A stretch of 64,000 bases of DNA from Balanoglossus misakiensis (lineage: Eukaryota > Animalia > Hemichordata). The stretch spans positions 9,681,200-9,745,199 of the forward strand of contig CM082593.2 in the NCBI GenBank assembly GCA_040954595.2. Direction: 5' to 3'. This document shows positions 61,740 to 64,000 of the stretch, piece after piece. Below the pieces are notes generated by a model, which had not been told where the DNA came from, did not search any database, and saw only the letters and a list, made by a program, of their open reading frames with translations. Within the stretch, counting starts at the first letter, position 1. Every line of letters starts with the position of its first letter. A program made the translations under genes and the position numbers.

Positions 61740-63879
61740 CTACACAAGTCAGGACAAAGGGGTAATGGGGTCACAATCTGTGACTATGCCCCAGACACCA
61801 TTGCCACAAGTAGCAGTTGGGGGTCGTCTGAAACATTTTGTCCAGGAATGGCAGAAAATTACAGACGACCAAACAGTCCTCTCTTTAGTTTCGGAAGGGG
61901 TTCGTCTGTTCTTCAGGACGTTTCCACCCCTTTCGTTGTATCCTCCGAGTCATTTGGTATCGCACCCTTCCCCTCCTATGTGGAGGGCCATACAGGGGCT
62001 GTTGGAAAAAGGGGCCATTCTAAAGGTCCCTTTACCAGTTCAGGATACTGGGTTTTTCAGTCGTGTTTTCCTTATTCCAAAGAAATCACAGGGATGGAGA
62101 CCCATTTTGGACCTGAGCGTGCTCAATCAGTACATTATAATCGAGTCTTTCCGTATGGAAACCACTCGAACTATTCGTCAGGCTCTCTCCACGGGAGATT
62201 GGGCAACGACGATAGACTTGCAGGACGCTTATTTCCACATTCCTATCCATGCTCACTTCCAGAGGTACTTTCGCTTTGCGATAGGGAGCAAACTGTTCCA
62301 GTTTGTGGCTCTTCCGTTCGGTTTGGCCACTGCCCCGGCTATTTTTACACGGGTAGTAGGGGCGTTGATGGCTTTTCTTCATTCCCGAGCAGTACAAGCC
62401 AATCCATACCTGGACGACTGGTTGCTACACAATTCCAGTTTCCAGTTGACACTGGCAGACACACAAACCACACTACGGGAGACCGTTCGTGTGGGGTTCA
62501 TTCCGAGCACAGACAAGTCTTGTCTAATCCCCTCACAGAGGATCCAGTTCATTGGCATGGTCATGGATCTGTCCAAGGGTTTAGTTTTCCCTACGGAGGA
62601 AAACCTGTTGAAATTAGAACAACAAGTGCATCGGATCAGTTCAGAGTCCATGGTCCAAGCAAGCACATTGCTCAGCATCCTGGGTTGCATGAACTTTCTA
62701 GCCGAGGCAATACCTTTAGGCAGACTACATATGACGCCAATTCAACTGTTCCTGTTGGCTCATTGGAGGCCGGTATCCGGTCAGTTGACAGACCTTATTC
62801 AGGTAAAGCCACCTCTAGTTTCACACCTGCAATGGTGGCTAGACAGGGGGAATACTCTCGAGGGAAATCTCCTAGTATCCCCGTTGGCGACGGTGTCACT
62901 GTTTGTGGACGCATCTCTCCAAGGATGGGGTGCACACTTGGGAGACAAGACAATTTCAGGGATATGGTCAGTCGACCAGTCAGTGCGGCACATAAATTGG
63001 TTGGAAATGAAGGCAGTACAGTATGCACTTCTCCACTTTCACCAAGACATTTGCGGCAAGGTGATTCTGATCAGGTCAGACAACACCACAGTAGTCGCAT
63101 TTATAAATCACCAGGGCGGCACCAGATCACCCAGCCTGTGTTATCTGGTATGGGACATGCTGAATTGGTGCCAGGCGAACAGCATCACGCTGAAAGCACT
63201 CCACGTTCAGGGCACAAGCAACATTCTGGCAGATGCTCTATCACGGGACAAGTTCTATCCACTAGAGTGCGCTCTACGGCAACCGCTAGTAGAGCAGATT
63301 TGTCTGATTTGGGACAGGCCCCACGTAGACCTATTTGCGACAGCCAAGAATCGCAAGTTCCCGATTTACGCGTCACTAAGGTCGGAACCACAAGCACTAG
63401 CATGCGACGCTCTGCCACAATCGCCTCTGGTTATTCCGAAACTGACGAAGTTAGTCGGTCAGCGTTCAGAGGATAGGTTGCTCTGTCCTATCAGAGCACT
63501 GAAGTATTATTTGCAGAGAACAAAAGACAGGAGGGGAGAGCAGACAAGACTGTTTATCTCCATTAGGGTTACACCCAGTATGTCTATTTCACAGTCGACT
63601 ATTTCCAGATGGATCGTCGAGACTATTAAGTTTGCTTATTCTAGCCCTTCAGAAGAAGCAATTAGCTGGGCTAAGGTGTCAGCTCATGAAGTCAGAGCTC
63701 TTGCTGCTTCATGGTCACTTTTTTCAGGGACTTCCATGGCTGATTTATTGTCTGCAGTCCAGTGGAGATCACAGACTACTTTTTCCTCTGCTTATCTGCG
63801 AGATATGGCAGCGGAAGCAGATGGCTTATTTTCCTTGGGTCCTATCTGTGTAGCTCAAAGAGTAGCTCACAGTAAGTAA
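61645..63879 (+). CDS. DIRS1 RT-RNase H-(truncated methyltransferase-like) fused in frame to the C-terminal half of the tyrosine recombinase
   Basis: VGGRL, WRPILDL, IDLQDAYFHI, LPFGL, YLDDW, DASLQGWGA, HINWLE, RSDN, NILADALSR, DLFA..N, then LCPIRALKYY, AHEVRALAAS, WRSQTTFSSAY. Confidence 0.9.
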   Translation: MLGRDHLTSKGRVSPFVSRLSPPKWLAASTSDYTSQDKGVMGSQSVTMPQTPLPQVAVGGRLKHFVQEWQKITDDQTVLSLVSEGVRLFFRTFPPLSLYPPSHLVSHPSPPMWRAIQGLLEKGAILKVPLPVQDTGFFSRVFLIPKKSQGWRPILDLSVLNQYIIIESFRMETTRTIRQALSTGDWATTIDLQDAYFHIPIHAHFQRYFRFAIGSKLFQFVALPFGLATAPAIFTRVVGALMAFLHSRAVQANPYLDDWLLHNSSFQLTLADTQTTLRETVRVGFIPSTDKSCLIPSQRIQFIGMVMDLSKGLVFPTEENLLKLEQQVHRISSESMVQASTLLSILGCMNFLAEAIPLGRLHMTPIQLFLLAHWRPVSGQLTDLIQVKPPLVSHLQWWLDRGNTLEGNLLVSPLATVSLFVDASLQGWGAHLGDKTISGIWSVDQSVRHINWLEMKAVQYALLHFHQDICGKVILIRSDNTTVVAFINHQGGTRSPSLCYLVWDMLNWCQANSITLKALHVQGTSNILADALSRDKFYPLECALRQPLVEQICLIWDRPHVDLFATAKNRKFPIYASLRSEPQALACDALPQSPLVIPKLTKLVGQRSEDRLLCPIRALKYYLQRTKDRRGEQTRLFISIRVTPSMSISQSTISRWIVETIKFAYSSPSEEAISWAKVSAHEVRALAASWSLFSGTSMADLLSAVQWRSQTTFSSAYLRDMAAEADGLFSLGPICVAQRVAHSK
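61848..63476 (+). CDS. Long alternative-frame ORF overlapping RT/RNase H, probably the 5' part of DIRS ORF3
   Basis: 542 codons without a stop across the RT; overlapping ORF2/ORF3 is known for DIRS1; closes just after the deletion junction. Confidence 0.55.
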   Translation: MAENYRRPNSPLFSFGRGSSVLQDVSTPFVVSSESFGIAPFPSYVEGHTGAVGKRGHSKGPFTSSGYWVFQSCFPYSKEITGMETHFGPERAQSVHYNRVFPYGNHSNYSSGSLHGRLGNDDRLAGRLFPHSYPCSLPEVLSLCDREQTVPVCGSSVRFGHCPGYFYTGSRGVDGFSSFPSSTSQSIPGRLVATQFQFPVDTGRHTNHTTGDRSCGVHSEHRQVLSNPLTEDPVHWHGHGSVQGFSFPYGGKPVEIRTTSASDQFRVHGPSKHIAQHPGLHELSSRGNTFRQTTYDANSTVPVGSLEAGIRSVDRPYSGKATSSFTPAMVARQGEYSRGKSPSIPVGDGVTVCGRISPRMGCTLGRQDNFRDMVSRPVSAAHKLVGNEGSTVCTSPLSPRHLRQGDSDQVRQHHSSRIYKSPGRHQITQPVLSGMGHAELVPGEQHHAESTPRSGHKQHSGRCSITGQVLSTRVRSTATASRADLSDLGQAPRRPICDSQESQVPDLRVTKVGTTSTSMRRSATIASGYSETDEVSRSAFRG

Positions 63880-64000
63880 TAGCCTGGTTCTTTCTGTTGG
63901 AATTTTGTTTTTTCGGTTCAAGTCCCACCGCCAGTTGTTCCTTGGGACTCTGTAGGCTATAGGTTGGATCAAAGGTATGGTATTTATGCCATAGAAACAA

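Larger units (their letters stand above)
59535..64000 (+). mobile_element. DIRS1-type retrotransposon, internally deleted, right end probably beyond the window
   Basis: Starts at TTT (empty site GAATTTTTATTC at about 55159); 63953-63997 is the exact reverse complement of the first 45 bp, as expected for the ICR; gag/RT/RNase H/YR content. Confidence 0.92.

Noticed and set aside
63953-63997. Right terminal inverted repeat ending the DIRS element
   Set aside because: Only 45 bp match and it lies just after the YR stop; this fits the ICR better, with the true right ITR probably beyond the window.

Overview
AT-rich animal (probably marine invertebrate) genomic DNA with spliceosomal introns, almost entirely occupied by nested transposable elements and decayed gene fragments; I found no intact host gene. 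Left to right: (1) a broken RAG1/Transib-like transposase gene with an inserted SAP motif (215-4248, minus). (2) A complete 10.8-kb IS3EU-type DNA transposon (7547-18383; TATG..CATA ends, 6-bp TSD TAAAAC) with an intact two-exon DDE integrase and a convergent SAM-like/ubiquitin-like/HECT E3-ligase cargo gene. (3) A tandemly duplicated MED25 pseudogene fragment; the second copy is inflated by a hAT-like element, an Ngaro retrotransposon (itself split by a 7-kb hAT-like element with an intact 1117-aa ORF), an intact Crypton and a Tigger-like element. (4) Duplicated, decayed Ca-binding EGF exons. (5) An internally deleted DIRS1 retrotransposon running off the end. The duplicated copies supply empty-site controls, so several element ends are read directly. 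The strongest candidates for under-described biology are the HECT-carrying IS3EU element, the SAP-containing RAG1-like transposase, and a Crypton with a DIRS-ICR-like internal copy of its joined ends. All family names come from motif recognition by eye, with no database search.
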